This document shows positions 1 through 12,886 of a stretch of DNA of 64,000 nucleotides, in pieces (positions within the stretch are counted from its first letter, which is position 1; every line of letters starts with the position of its first letter). Source of the DNA: Eledone cirrhosa. Its lineage: Eukaryota. The position numbers and the translations under genes are program-made. The notes beneath the pieces were generated by a model. The model was not told the origin of the DNA and ran no database searches. It saw nothing but the letters and a program-made list of their open reading frames with translations. The DNA lies in the NCBI GenBank assembly GCA_964016885.1, contig OZ024740.1:250914001-250978000 (forward strand), given 5' to 3'.

Positions 1-183
1 GTAAATTAAAGGTGGAAAACTGGGAGAGGGCATTTGCCCTGGTGGTCATGGTCACTGTGGCCTTTTAATGGGTTTTCTCCACAAATGTCTTTCGGATGTT
101 TCCCCCCTATTGGGGAATTTTTCATTGTTATTTTTTATTACATTCTCTGATTTTTTTACACGCAGAAATGCCCATTTGTACCG
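1..183 (+). mobile_element. 3' UTR remnant of a Tx1-family-1 LINE copy that starts before the window
   Basis: Near-identical to the 3' UTRs at 1792-1979, 7733-7913 and 25387-25567 (gtaaattaaaggtggaaaac...cccatttgtaccg). Confidence 0.9.
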
Positions 184-2044
184 GTTCTGAGGGCGGCTGG
201 CTTTGGGTCCGTCTTCAGAGGCTGGATCGCTGCCATGCACAGCGACATCTGCTCTGTGGTGAGAGTGAACGGTCACCTTTCGGAACCGTTCAACTTCATG
301 CGCTCGGTCCGCTAAGGATGTCCCCTCTCGTCCCTCTTGTACGTATTGACTCTCGAGCCATTACTGCACAAACTGGAGACGTTGTGTGGGCTCCCGCACG
401 AACTAGGATGCGGAAGATCCGTGTCAGCATATGCGGACGATGTCACCGTAGTGGTGTCGAACGCCAAACTCATCGAGGCGATCGGCACTACACTAAGAGA
501 AAACGAAGCGGTGACAGGAGCAATGATCAACCAGGAAAAGTGAGTGGGACTGCAGCTCGGCACCTGGAGAGGCAGGTCCATACCGTCCAAAGCGTCGTCG
601 GACGCTGGACGGACGGACCGGTTAAATTGCTAGGGGTCTGGTTCGGTCCGGACCTCCAGACGGACAAAAACTGGGACGAGGTGACGAGCAGGGTGGCTTC
701 TCTCACCCAGAAATGGGCGGAGAGGAAGCTATCCCTGAAAGGTCGCGCGGAGGTGGCTAACGCGTACATCGCGTCCGTCATCTACTACCGCCTGACCGTC
801 GTACCTTGTCCTAAGCCCCGCCTGACTGCGCTGGAGCGTTTGCTCTTTCGCTTTTTGTGGAAGGGACGCGCTCCGATGGTCAGGCGGACCATCTGCTGTC
901 AACACCCGCTACGTCGAGGGCTGGACATGCCGTGGCTGATGATGCGCAGACACGCGCTCAGGCTACCACATCTCCACCTCTTCCTCGACGGTGATCAGGT
1001 GTGGTCGCCGTTTGCTAGACACGTATTTCCCCAGCTCGTTTCCTTGACGGAGCTGCAGTCCTAGGGCAAGCGAAGATCGAGAGGGAGCGCCTGGAGACTG
1101 GAATGTCTTCAGGCGCTCACAGCCCTAGACTAATCGGGCAATGTGATCGGTGGAAACTCCACCTCGGCGTTCTATAGAGGATTAGTGGAGGGGAAGAGCG
1201 ACGACGTACTTGGGGAAACTCTAGGCGTCGAAGAAAATCAACTAGCCAATCTCTTCGGAAGAACTTTCGGGCCGGGGCCTATGGACAACTTCCAGAAATC
1301 TCTGGCCTGGCAGTGCTACCGAGGAGCCTTGCCAGTTCGGGATAAACTCTACAGACATGGAGGTGCCGTCAGCCGGGCATGTCCGAGATGCGCGCAGGGC
1401 GACGAAACCGTCCTGAAAGCACTCGTCCAGTTTCCGAAAATTGCTGACTTGTGGGTTTATGTCGAACACCTGCTGTCGCGTGTAGGACGTATCCGGCTAT
1501 CAGCTGAGTCCATCGTGAGGATTTCCCCGCCCTCTTCCTTTAGCCGGGAAGGGCAGGCAGTTTTATCTGTCTGGTGGCCATGGCGAAAGAGATAGTATGG
1601 TGGACACGTTTGAAAGGGCTGAAGACGAGCACTTACCTCTTCGGTGATGCCCTGATTGACTTTTTCAAATTTCATTTGAAAAGGAAAATCAGAGTAGAGG
1701 GGGAAGTGCTCTCTTCCCAGCATTTGTTGAAAGATGTGTGAGAGAAGCAAGAATGGCCCGAGTGAATGGGCCTACTCTGAGTATGTATCTGTAAATTAAA
1801 GGTGGAAAACTGGGAGAATGGCACTTGCCGTTGTGGTCAGAGTCACTGTGGCCTTTTACTGGGCTTTCTCCACAAATGTTCCTCCGAAGTCTCTCCCCTA
1901 TTGTGGAATTTTTCAATGTTATTTTTTTCTTACATCCTCTGTTTTTGTTTTTTACACGCAGAAATGCCCATTTGTACCGTCCTGTATTGTCCTGCACTGT
2001 CCTTAATGTCTACTTTATGTAAACCCTTGTGGTTAATAAAGAAA
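184..2044 (+). mobile_element. Tx1-family-1 LINE, 5'-truncated or deleted copy (RT C-half, CCHC, 3' UTR), pseudogenised
   Basis: SAYADD motif, KLLGVWFG, CPRCAQGDETV zinc knuckle; colinear with 6131-7980; ends aataaagaaa then (ATT)n. Confidence 0.9.
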
Positions 2045-2047
2045 TCA

Positions 2048-2103
<56 letters not shown>
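2045..2103. repeat. (ATT)n microsatellite linker/target
   Basis: Seen directly. Confidence 0.98.
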
Positions 2104-2311
2104 GGCGACCTACGTAGTAAATCGTATCATCGTGAGCTCCGCAAAGGTTTGTTATTTCCGTTTGTTAAAAATTGTCATTTATGGAAAATTTTATTGTTAA
2201 CTGTTTATAAGCGCACATACATTGTTTTCCGAAAAGGACACCCAAAAAGATTGGGGCCTTGTGCCCAAAATTTAAACTTTTATTATTATCAAAAACATTT
2301 CTTTGAAAAAA

Positions 2312-4291
2312 AGGGCTAATTCACCTCTGCACGAAGCAGCTCAAAGCCTTCCTCACAAATTAACACCTCACACCGACACCACCATTGTAAATGTTACTAC
2401 GTTTGCCAACACAAAAAAAAATATAAGCAATAGCAATATTTTAAATTTGTCTCAGGCAGACATTCATTTCCCGCCATTACCAATGACTGCAGGTGTTAAA
2501 GCCTCCACCACCACCACCACCACCGCGACAACCACCACCACCACCACCACCGCGACAACAGAAACAAAAGAAGAAAAAAAAAATTAACTCGTGATGTCGA
2601 AATGAAATCAAGCAAAATGGACTCTTCCCCACCAAAAGCGACTGACGTCACCACCACCACAACTGAAACTAAAATTAATATTAACGATAGCAACAACAAC
2701 AACAATGACATTATAACCCCCCCCCCCCTCAGTTTCGCCAGAGTAGCAAAACAATTCGAAGCATTTACGGTAACTCAGGAGGATTTAGAAAATGCCAAAC
2801 AAATGGTAAAGAAAGATGGGTACAGGGTCAGCCTCAAACCCCCACCTAATAAAATGGAGCATCGGCGCCTATGAACCGTGTCGTATAGAACAATAAATGT
2901 AAAATCGCGCCGAGTGGAACGGGCATCCGAGTCCCAAATACAAAAAGCTTTGGGACATGTGTGGGCAAGAAAAACCCCACATCAGACGTGGGCAGAAGTA
3001 TGGAACCGTGGACGTGTTCTTTGAAACACCAGAGGAGGCTAGAGAACACTCCATGGCCCCATTAAGAAGTGACGACTTCACACTCATCCCAAGCTATTGT
3101 GGCCAGAGACTCGTAAAGATCAGGGTGACCCACGTTCCACCGGCCATCGAAATTCCCTGGCTAATAGCGGCTGGCCTCGCCGGCATCGAAGCCAACACGA
3201 AAATAATAGCAATAGCAAAAGAAAAGCAAGAGAACTTGTCCGGATCTGGGATGGAGCTCCTGATCCAAGCGGACCAAAAAAGCATTGAGGAGATCCCAGA
3301 GGAAATAGACCTCACTGACGGCAGCCACCTCGCGGTAATTGTCGAGGGCAGATGACCTAGGTGTGTCGTTTGTGGTGAAGGAACCCACCTAAGGCTTTCT
3401 GCCCTTAGGCTAAAAGGTTGAGGCCACCTCTCCTACCCACCCCAGTGACACAACCATCAACACCACCAGTAGCAGAGATGGCAGCAATAACTGTAGCAGC
3501 AACAACAGAAGCAACTATAACAGCAACAACCCCAGCAACAGTAGCAAAACCAACACCACCACCACCACCAGCAAAACCAACACCACCACCACCCAACGCT
3601 TCAGAACTAGCACCAGCGCCTGCACCATCCACCACGCCACAACCAAAACTAACGGCTGTGGAGGATTTTCCACTCCCCGGCCTATCACAACTGTAGACAG
3701 ATTGTGACGACGAGGAGTGGGAAACGATATCCGGAAAAAAAAAAAGAAACCAAAAAAGAAAAAATTCTCTTCCTTCCCCCTCCAAAAACAAAATACAGAG
3801 GGAAACAAATAAATTAAGAAACAAAAAAGTTAGGACAGATATACCACCATCCACACCAGCATCACCAACCCCATCAACCCAAACACCAACACCATCACCA
3901 TCATTAACCCCAACACCACCATCACCTACACCACAAAAGTCACCAAAATGCGAAACAGAAACAAACCCACAACAAACGCAAACAAAACAAAACAACCATA
4001 ACGATACACACTACACAGCATTAAATTTGAACAACAAGCAATTATTACACTACATCCAACACAACACCAGCATCACAGAAAAAGACTACACAACAACCCC
4101 GAAATTCACACCACCTCCACACATACAAATCACTGGCATCACACAGAAAACGTACATGACACTAAAACAAAAATTCCCCAAAGACATCGGAGACTTCCAA
4201 CAAGCACTCTCCAGGAGGATTTATAAGGACATCCTTCCTGAGGAGGCCACAAGCAGTGAAAAGGATGGAAAAACCGTCAGAAGTAAGGTAA
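2312..4291 (+). pseudogene. Tx1 ORF1 (Thr/Pro-rich, CX2CX4HX4C knuckle), disrupted
   Basis: ORF pieces 2303-2587, 2602-2874, 2957-3355, 3418-3696, 4027-4329; knuckle RCVVCGEGTHL-FC intact in the copy at 20504-21463. Confidence 0.8.
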
Positions 4292-4325
4292 GTGGTCTTT
4301 CCCATCTTTTCCACTCCTTTTCAAC

Positions 4326-7300
4326 ATGACCTCACTCAGAATAGGCAGCATAAATGCGCGTGGCTTGGGGTCGTCATGGAAGCAGGGCCACCTGCTCAAC
4401 GACCTCAGGTCACTAAACATAGATGTAGTGGCCATCAGCGAGACCAGAATCTCCGAAGCACAGGCTTTCGCACCGATCTTCGGCGGCTACGATGTGTACG
4501 CATCTCCCAGCCGTCCGGGATCGGGGGGAGGAGTTGCTGTGCTTTTTCGGAGAGGTTTGGATCTTGCTATACGGGCCATCTTCCTGGACCCAGAAGGTAA
4601 GTTGGTGGTGCTGGACGTGACCAGCGGAGACGGCCAAGCTTTCAGGTTAGTGGCCGTCTATGCCCCGACAGGAGCAGGGCGGCCTGATTTCTTTCGGCGT
4701 CTGGAGACCTTTCTTGGAACGTCCCGCTCTTTAGTGTTAGTGGGCGACTGGAACGGGATCTTAGATGCACGCTGGGATTGTGTGGGATTAGTGGATAGGG
4801 AAGGAGGGTGCAAGAGTCTCACCAACCTGCTCAGACGTTTTGAACTGTCTGACAGGTACCGAATGGATTTCCCGAATGTACCAATGTGGACTTGGACAAA
4901 TCGCATAGGGTCATCCAGATCATATCTAGATAGAGTATTTTGTAGGGAAATAGATAGGTCTAGCATAGGCTGTCCACAATTCAAGATAGTCAGCTACACG
5001 GACCACAAATTCGTGATCTGTGTGCTTGACTTAGATAGGCTTCATAGACGAGGACCCGGCTACTGGAAGCTAACGCGTCCTTACCAGCGCGCAAGGCCTA
5101 CAGAGATCGTATTAGCGAACTAGTTAAGCGGGCGTTGACGGGGCCCATCGTCAATAACAAGTGGTGGTTTGCTCTGAAAAGAGCAATTAGAATAGAGTCC
5201 ATTAGGTTTAGTAAGACTTTAGCAATAGAGAAAAATAGAGCAGAGGGAGAATTAGTTAGAAAATTAGATGAGGCGCTTAGCAAAGGCATCGCGACCGACG
5301 TACTTGCGGCGAAATTGGCCCTTGACCAATTCTTCAATGCAAAGCACGAAGGCTGCGTTGTCAGAGCTAGGGTGCGTGCTCTCAGACACGAGGGGACGAA
5401 AGCCGTTCAATGGGCCCGAGTGGCGGAGGCGCGTCGTGGCAACAAAGCCACGATCCGGTCTTTGGTGGACCACGACGGGCGCATGCTACTCGATCCCGGG
5501 CAAATGTGTGAAGCTTTTCAGCGACACTTCGCTCAAATGTTCGGGGGCAGTGGCGGGCCTGATCGAGGGATGGACTTTAGTGTCTACCTCGACGGACTCC
5601 ACGGCGTTCGGCCACTGAGGCGGAGTGTTGCGAAAAGCCGATAACAACCGCTGAAGTACGGGCTGCAATGACTAGTTGCACAAGGGGTAAATCGCCTGGT
5701 TTGGATGGTCTGCCCTATGAACTTTACGTACAAATGCCAAAACTTGTTCGGAGGCCTCTTGGCGGACGTCTACTGCAACTGGCAACAGAACGGGAGAATT
5801 CCCAGCTCTGTGAGCCGAGGAGCGGTGGCGCTGCTGAGAAAGGATCCGAACAAGGGGGATAACATAGATAATTTTAGGCCCATAACTCTGCTAAACACAG
5901 AGTTCAAGATTTTGGCCAAGGTGCTAGCAAAGAGGTTGGCGCTTGTCGTTGGTGGTCTGGTGGGAGAGGCACAGACATGCGCCATTACCGACAGATCCAT
6001 CCACGACAACCTCCACCTCATGCGATACATCGTAGAGAGGGTAGCTAGGGAACCTGGCACGGGTGGGTCTTTGATCAATTTAGATCAGTCGAAAGCCTTC
6101 GATAGGGTCGACCATCGTTACCTAGCGGCAGTCCTGAGGGCGGCTGGCTTTGGGCCCGTCTTCAGAGGCTGGATCGCTGCCATGCACAGCAACATCTGCT
6201 CTGTAGTGAGAGTAAACGGTCACCTTTCGGAACCGTTCAACATCATCCGCTCGGTCCGCCAAGGATGTCCCCTCTCGTCCCTATTGTACGTATTGACTCT
6301 CGAGCCATTACTGCACAAACTGGAGACGTTGAGGGGGATCCCGCGCGAACTAGGATGCGGAAGATCCGTGTCAGCATATGCCGACGATGTCACCGTAGTG
6401 GTGTCGAATGCCAAACACATCGAGGCGATCGGCACTACACTAAGAGAATACGAAGCGGTGACAGGAGCTATGATCAACCAGGAAAAGTCAGTGAGCCTGC
6501 AGCTCGGCACCTGGAGAGGCAGGTCCATGCCGTCCAACAGCGTCGTCGGGCGCTTGACGGACGGACCGGTTAAATTGCTAGGGGTCTGTTTCGGTCCAGA
6601 CGGACAAAAACTGGGACGAGGTGACGAGCAGGGTGGCTTCTCTCACCCAGAAATGGGCCGAGAGGAAGCTATCCCTGAAAGGTCGAGCGGAGGTGGCTAA
6701 CGCGTACATCGCGTCCGTCATCTACTACCGCCTGACCGTCGTACCTTGTCCTAAGCCCCGCCTGACTTCGCTGGAGCGTTTGCTCTTTCGCTTCTTGTGG
6801 AAGGGACGCGCTCCGATGGTCAGGCGGTCCATCTGCTGTCAACACCCGCTACGTGGAGTGCTGGGCATGCCGTGGCTGATGATGCGCAGACACGCGCTCA
6901 GGTTACGACATCTCCACCTCTTCCTCGACGGTGATCAGGTGTGGTCGCCGTTTGCTAGACACGTTTTTCCCCAGCTCGTCTCCTTGACGGAGCTGCAGTC
7001 CTGGGTCAAGCGAAGACCGAGAGGGAGCGCTTGGAGACTGGAATGTCTTCAGGCGCTCACAGCCCTCGACCAATCGGGCAATGTGATCGGTGGAAACTCC
7101 ACCTTGGCGTTCTATAGTGGATTAGTGGAGGGGAAGAGCGACGACGTACTTGGAGAAACTCTAGGTGTCGACGAAAATCAACTAGCCAATCTCTTCGGAA
7201 GGACTTTCGGGCCGGGGCCTATGGACAACTTCCAGAAATCCCTGGCCTGGCAGTGCTACCGGGGTGCTTTGCCAGTTCGGGATAAACTTTACAGGCATGG

Positions 7301-7736
7301 AGGTGCCGTCAGCCGGGCATTTCCGAGATGCGCACAGGGCGACGAAACCATCCTGCACGCACTCGTCCAGTGTCCGAGCATTGCTGACTTGTGGGTTTGT
7401 GTCGAACACCTGCTGTCACGTGTAGGACGGATCCAGCTATCAGCTGAGTCCATCGTGAGGATTGCCCCGCCCCCTTCCTTTAGCCGGGAAGGGCAGGCAG
7501 TTTTTATCTGTCTGGTGGCCATGGCGAAAGAGATAGTATGGTGGACACGTTTGAAAGGGCTGAAGACGAGCACTTACCTCTTCGGTGATGCCCTGATTAA
7601 CTTTTTCAAATTTCATCTGAAAAGGAAAATCAGGGTAGAGAGGGAAGTGCTCTCTTCCCAGCATTTTGTTGAAAGATGGGTGAGAGAAGCAAGTATGGCC
7701 CGAATGAATGGGCCTTCTCTGAGTATGTGTCTGTAA
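4326..7736 (+). pseudogene. Tx1 ORF2: AP endonuclease, reverse transcriptase, C-terminal zf-RVT/CCHC; frameshifted
   Basis: GSINARGL, ISET, GDWN, YLDR, TDHK (APE); KSPGLDG, NFRPITLLN, LDQSKAFDRV, RQGCPLS, YADD (RT); PRCAQGDETILHALVQC. Confidence 0.93.
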
Positions 7737-7997
7737 ATTAAAGGTGGAAAACTGGGACAGGGCACTTGCCCTGGTGTTCAGGGCCACTGTGGTCTTTTAA
7801 TGGGCTTTCTCCACAAATGTCCCTCGGAAGTCTCCCCCCTATTGGGGAATTTTTCTTTGTTATTTTATTTCATCCTCTGTTTTTTTTACACGCAGAAATG
7901 TCCATTTGTACCGTCCTGTATTGTCCTGTACTGTCCTTAATGTCTACTTTATGTAAACCCTTGTGGTTAATAAAGAAAACATTATTATTATTATTAT

Positions 7998-10900
7998 TTG
8001 CATTTATCTTGCTTTATGTTCATACGAGTTATCACCAAGTCACAACCAGTGACCTCAAGAGACAACAAGGTCCGCCATGTTCAAGAAAGAACATACATAC
8101 TCACATATGCATCTTTAGTGTTTTGACTTGTGATGTACTTATATTGACAGAATCTTCCTTAGTATATGGGCAGTTCCCATTAGTACTATCTTTTGCATTT
8201 CTCCTATACGCGGGTTTCCTGGGATTTGCGATAAATAATCATTAGACCCCTTAGGTATCATTCCCAGAGCGCCTACAACCACTGGTATTGTTTTAGTTCT
8301 CAATTTTCACATTTTTCCAATTTCTATCTCCAGGCCCTTATAGTTGCTCAATTTTTCAAATGTTTTTATAGATACATTCTTGTCTATTGGAACAGACATA
8401 TCAATTAGCAGGCATACCCTCTTTTTAAAGTCCTTCAATATTATATCAGGTCTATTTGCATGTATTTTTGGATGCTAAAGTCTCACAAGATTGAGTTGTG
8501 ATCTTTTTCAAGTATGGGAGGTGGTTGATGCTCCCACCAATTCTTTTGACGGGGCAGGTCAAAATGCTTACACATGTATGTATTGTGCAGCTCTGTCCTG
8601 CCTGTTTAGGTATTCTGTTGGAGCTATAGGACTGCACATTGAAATTATATGGTCAATGGCCTCTGGTTGTATTTTGCATACACGGCATAATGGGCTGCAT
8701 CCATTTTTTATTATGTTGGCTTGGTAACTTTTTGTTGGCAGACACTGATCTTGTGCTGATATAATCAGTCCTTCAGTCTCCGATTTCAGTCCAAAGGATG
8801 CCAACCACTGATGGGTTAAAGTTTTGTCAACATAAGGATTGTTAGCTCGCTCTGGGTATTTTCCATACAGAGGCTTTTCTTGCCATTTCTTAGCCAGTTT
8901 CCGTAGCAGTTCTTTCTTTGCAGTTACTTTTACCTGCTTTGCTTTTTCTGTGTTTTCCATTTCCGCAGTAAATGGGACTTCTGAAATTTGTAGTCCATTA
9001 CTGTATCTTGTGCATCTTTTGTAATGGAATATGATCTTTTGGTGCTTTCGTGTTTCAAAATGAGTTTGATCATCCAATCATGTGATTCCATTAGATATGT
9101 GGATAATCCAATTGTTGCAGTTTTCAGCGCAATGTCTAACTGGATTAACCCACGTCCTCCTTCTTTCCTAGGGAGATATATTCTATCTATGTCTGCCTTA
9201 GGGTGATGCATTCTGTGCATGGTTAAGAATTTTCGGATTTTTGTATCGAGCCTACGGAACTCTGTGCTTGACCAGTTGATGACATTGTAACTGTGGGTTA
9301 CTACTGGTATGGCAAGCGTGTTTATGGCATCGATCCTATTCCTTGCATTCAATTCCGTTCTTAAGATTGCTCTTACTCTGCGGTAACATTCCTTCCTTAT
9401 CCTTTCCCTCATTGTCGAGTGCTTGATTCCGTCTCTTTCAGAAACACCTAGATATTTGTAATTTTTTTCTTGATCAAGTTCTCTTATCACGTTCCCCCGA
9501 TCAAGATTAATGTCTGAACTCTTCAGCAGCTTTCCTCTGGTGAACGTTGCTTTGGCGCATTTATCTAGTCCAAACTCCATTTTAATGTCATCACTGAACT
9601 GCTCCACAGTGGATAATAGCCCTTGCAATTGTTCATCATTTTTTGCAAATAGTTTCAGGTCATCCATGTAGAACAGGTGATTAATGGTTTTGTCATAGAC
9701 TCTATATCCATGTTTTGTTTCATTGAGCATTTTACTTAATGGTATAAATGCGATGCAGAATAAAAGCGGTGATAAAGAGTCACCTTGAAAAATTCCACAA
9801 TTAATATTAACTTCTCCAGCTTCCAGTGATTTTGTTTCACTATTCAAAAGGAGTGTCATTTTCCATGTCTTCATACTGAATGACAAAAACCTCCTGACAA
9901 CGGGGGATATTTTGAAAATCTCTAAACATTTTTCAGTCCAACTGTGTGGCAAACTATCGAATGCTTTTTTATAATCTATCCAAGCAATCGATAGATTTTT
10001 GTGTCTATTATGACAATCTTCCAGTATCATTTTGTTAACCAAAAGCTGATCCTTACAGCCATATGAGCCTCGTTTACACCCTTTCTGCTCAATGGGAAAT
10101 AGGTTATTTGTTATCAGGTGGTCATATGTGTATTCAGTTAGGACTGATGTTAAAATTTTATACATTGTGGTCAAGCAAGTTATCGGTCTGTAATTTTTGG
10201 GATTGTTGTCTCATCATTCTTCGGAAGCAGGAATGTAATGCCGTTAACTAGCCATGATGGTATCTTTTCTGGCTCCTTAACTATTTCATTGTAAAGTTGG
10301 GCTAACAGCTCATGAGACTCTGTGAAGGCATTTATCCAAACGTTTTGTATTTTGTCTTTTCCCGGGGATTTCCATTTGCTGGTTTTTCTTAGAGCCAAGC
10401 GCAACTGTTCAACTGTTATATTTTCCCATATTTGTTCCTCAAGGTGAGCTGTATCTTTCATTTGTCTGTCTATCCATGGGGCATGTATGTTATGAACTTT
10501 TTCTTCGGCCCAGATCTTTTCCCAGAATTCTTGCACTTCCTCCTTGGGTGTATTGATTTAGTAGTTATTGTTGACTTACCAATTTTTCTGTAGAAGTTTC
10601 TTTGGTTGTTTTTGAACATATTATTGTCCTTATAGAATCTAGATCGTTTTTCAAAGCGCCTTATACGAGCAGCTTTGGCCGACACTTTTTGCTTGATTAT
10701 TTCTATCAGCATGTCTATGTCACTTGTTGATTTTATACTGTACTTTCTTTTCAATTTTCTAAGTTTAGTTTGTTTAACATGTTCACCTACTTTATAGTTT
10801 GTTAAAATTTCTATGTCAGATCGGAGAAGGTTTATTTGGCGATTGATGTTCTCTTGCCAAGTAGATTTCTTGTGGGAATTCCTTTGTTTTTTCATCTTCA

Positions 10901-12020
10901 CTCCACATAAGTGAGTGGTGACTTTAGCCGATGCATAATAGAGATGATTTAAATCAGTAATGTTTAGTTTGTTTGTGATGATAATGTTTTTGAGAATTAT
11001 GTTAGTCTTGTGTATTATCTTTTGGTTCTGTTTGGAGTTCTGGATCTTAGGGAGGGTGTCTCGTTTCCCCATGTCAGATTCTTTCATTTTCATCCATTCG
11101 ATCATAATTTCATCCTTCAAGTTGGCAAGTTCATTCTCATTCATTTCTTTATCATTTACGATCTCCTTATTTTCATTTGGAGTTTCATCTTGAGCATGCA
11201 CTCCCTCCACTTTTTCGATCCTTTCTTTAATTTGTTCTGTTGCCAGTGATTCCGCCCCAACCCTGGGGTTCGAAGAGTTACAATTTACCTCGTTTTCACT
11301 GTCACATGTTTCATTTTCCCTTCGCTGACTTTCTGCTAATAGCTTGATCTGATCAATTTCTATATCAGTTAGTAACTTTTTTCTTACAATATTTCTTCGT
11401 ATATTGGCTAGTTTGTTACTGTCAATATAGCCTCTGTTTTCGGGATGTTTCTTTTTCCAGTTGATATATGTCTGTTCTGTATTCGATGTATTTGATGGGT
11501 AGTACATGGCAGTGTAGAAAGCCTCAAGGACTTCTTTATTATCTTCCCTTGACCATTTTTCTCTCTTTTTCTTTGGATTTCTTGGTGGTGAGCATGGAGG
11601 GCCAACAGTAGGAGTATTCCGGTTATGGGAGGTCTCCAGCTCCGAAGTGATGGGAAGGTTTGAACCATTAGCTGATTTTTCGACCCCAGTCTGGTTCCTC
11701 TCTGAGGGACGCGGCCCTTTTTTACCCGGGTGACGGCCGATCCGGTATGAGATTTTATCATTAGACATTTACTTTATTTTGTCGCGTTTTATCCTTATCC
11801 GCCAAGGGGTAATCATTTCGTGTTACCACTTCTAGAACGAGTGTCAACCAAGACTAGAGGGGTCGTTCTCCCCTAGAGACACGGCTATTCCCCGCCGGCC
11901 GCCATCCCGGTATTTCTTGGTCACGGGGTTTTCTTTTTGTTGTTTTTTTTTGTTTTTTTTAATTGTTATTATCATGAGTGGTTCCTTAATGTGAGCATTG
12001 CGTGGCTTAAGAATGATATT
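7998..12020 (-). mobile_element. R4/Dong-like RLE retrotransposon, family A, near full-length
   Basis: Single long disrupted ORF; 3' end runs into (TAA)n on its sense strand; 5' boundary approximate. Confidence 0.88.
8139..11768 (-). pseudogene. Dong/R4-like polyprotein (Myb-like N-terminus, RT, CCHC, PD-(D/E)xK endonuclease), frameshifted
   Basis: KWSREDNKEV; KSPGKD; EQKGC; WIDYKKAFDS; GIFQGDSLSP; YMDDLK; CRVC..ID HIISMC; NRPDIIL; KYKDL; PVVVGALG. Confidence 0.9.
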
Positions 12021-12023
12021 ATT

Positions 12024-12074
12024 AATAATTGTCTCCACTCCGGGCACAAGGCCAGCAATCACCCAGTGCATTAC
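12024..12074 (-). mobile_element. 3' tail of tRNA-derived SINE
   Basis: Reverse complement gtaatgcactgggtgattgctggccttgtgcc...acaattatt matches 37719-37768. Confidence 0.75.
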
Positions 12075-12089
12075 AATAATATAATATAC

Positions 12090-12885
12090 TTTTTGCTGAA
12101 GTTGCCTGTTATTGTTGTTGGCTATGTCGGTGGTGGTGCTGGGGATTTTTATATTGTTGGTGAGGAAGGGGGGAGCCAGCAGTGCCATAGTTGTTGACGT
12201 TTGGCCGGTGGCCAGGTCACTAAGTCAATCTATTTATATCTTTTGCTAGCCTCTCCCTTGTCTAGTGATACCGCCACCTTCCCCTTTCTTAAGTTAACAG
12301 GGGAATAGTGGTGGTAGCAATGAAGGAGTGGTGGCGGCGGTGATGGGATAGTGGTAGCAATGATGGATGGAGTGGTGGCGGCGGTGGCGTTGTCGTTACT
12401 GAGTTTTGTGATATGTAGTATCTATGAGTTTGTGTCGCGTATGTTTAATATATATTGTGTTGACATATTCCCGTAAAATTGGAATTAAACATTTTGTTAA
12501 AACTTGAGACAATAATAATAGTAATTATTATTATGATGCTGGGATTGGTGGTGGTGGTGGTGAAATTGCCGGTATCTGGCTGTTATATTTAGTATGATGG
12601 GGTAGGTGGTGTATCAAGTTTCTGGTTTTGTTGAAATTGCTGTTATTTGGCTGTTCTATATAGTGTAGACAGAGGGTGTTTTCTTCCATTTATAACCATT
12701 TTCTTTTTGAATACAAAATATATAATACAAAATTGAATATTTGAGCGATATAACAATATAATATGGATCCGAAATTTTATGAGACTTGCTTCGGTGGTTT
12801 ATGCATCATTTGTACTAAGAATTGTTATTTCAAAATTGATTTAAATATGTTAAAAATCAAAAACTTACGGGAGCGATTTCATGAC
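12090..12885 (-). mobile_element. Unassigned block, possibly the 5' UTR and low-complexity ORF1 start of a third Tx1-like family
   Basis: Minus strand has an AT-rich leader with caaatattca (also at 32130), then aaaATGG and Pro/Thr/Asn-rich coding-like sequence. Confidence 0.35.
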
Positions 12886-12886
12886 C

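Larger units (their letters stand above)
2104..7980 (+). mobile_element. Full-length Tx1-clade (L1 group) LINE, family 1, copy A
   Basis: 5' end GGCGACCTACGTAG shared with 13403 and 19678; ORF1 plus ORF2; 3' AATAAAGAAA then (ATT)n. Confidence 0.92.

Noticed and set aside
2104-2165. HDV-like ribozyme at the Tx1 5' end (starts GGCGACC)
   Set aside because: Only weak G-U pairing for P1; P2, P3 and P1.1 could not be assigned.
1802-2319. Poly-Leu, poly-Ile and poly-Tyr ORFs here and at other junctions
   Set aside because: Translation artefacts of (ATT)n tracts.
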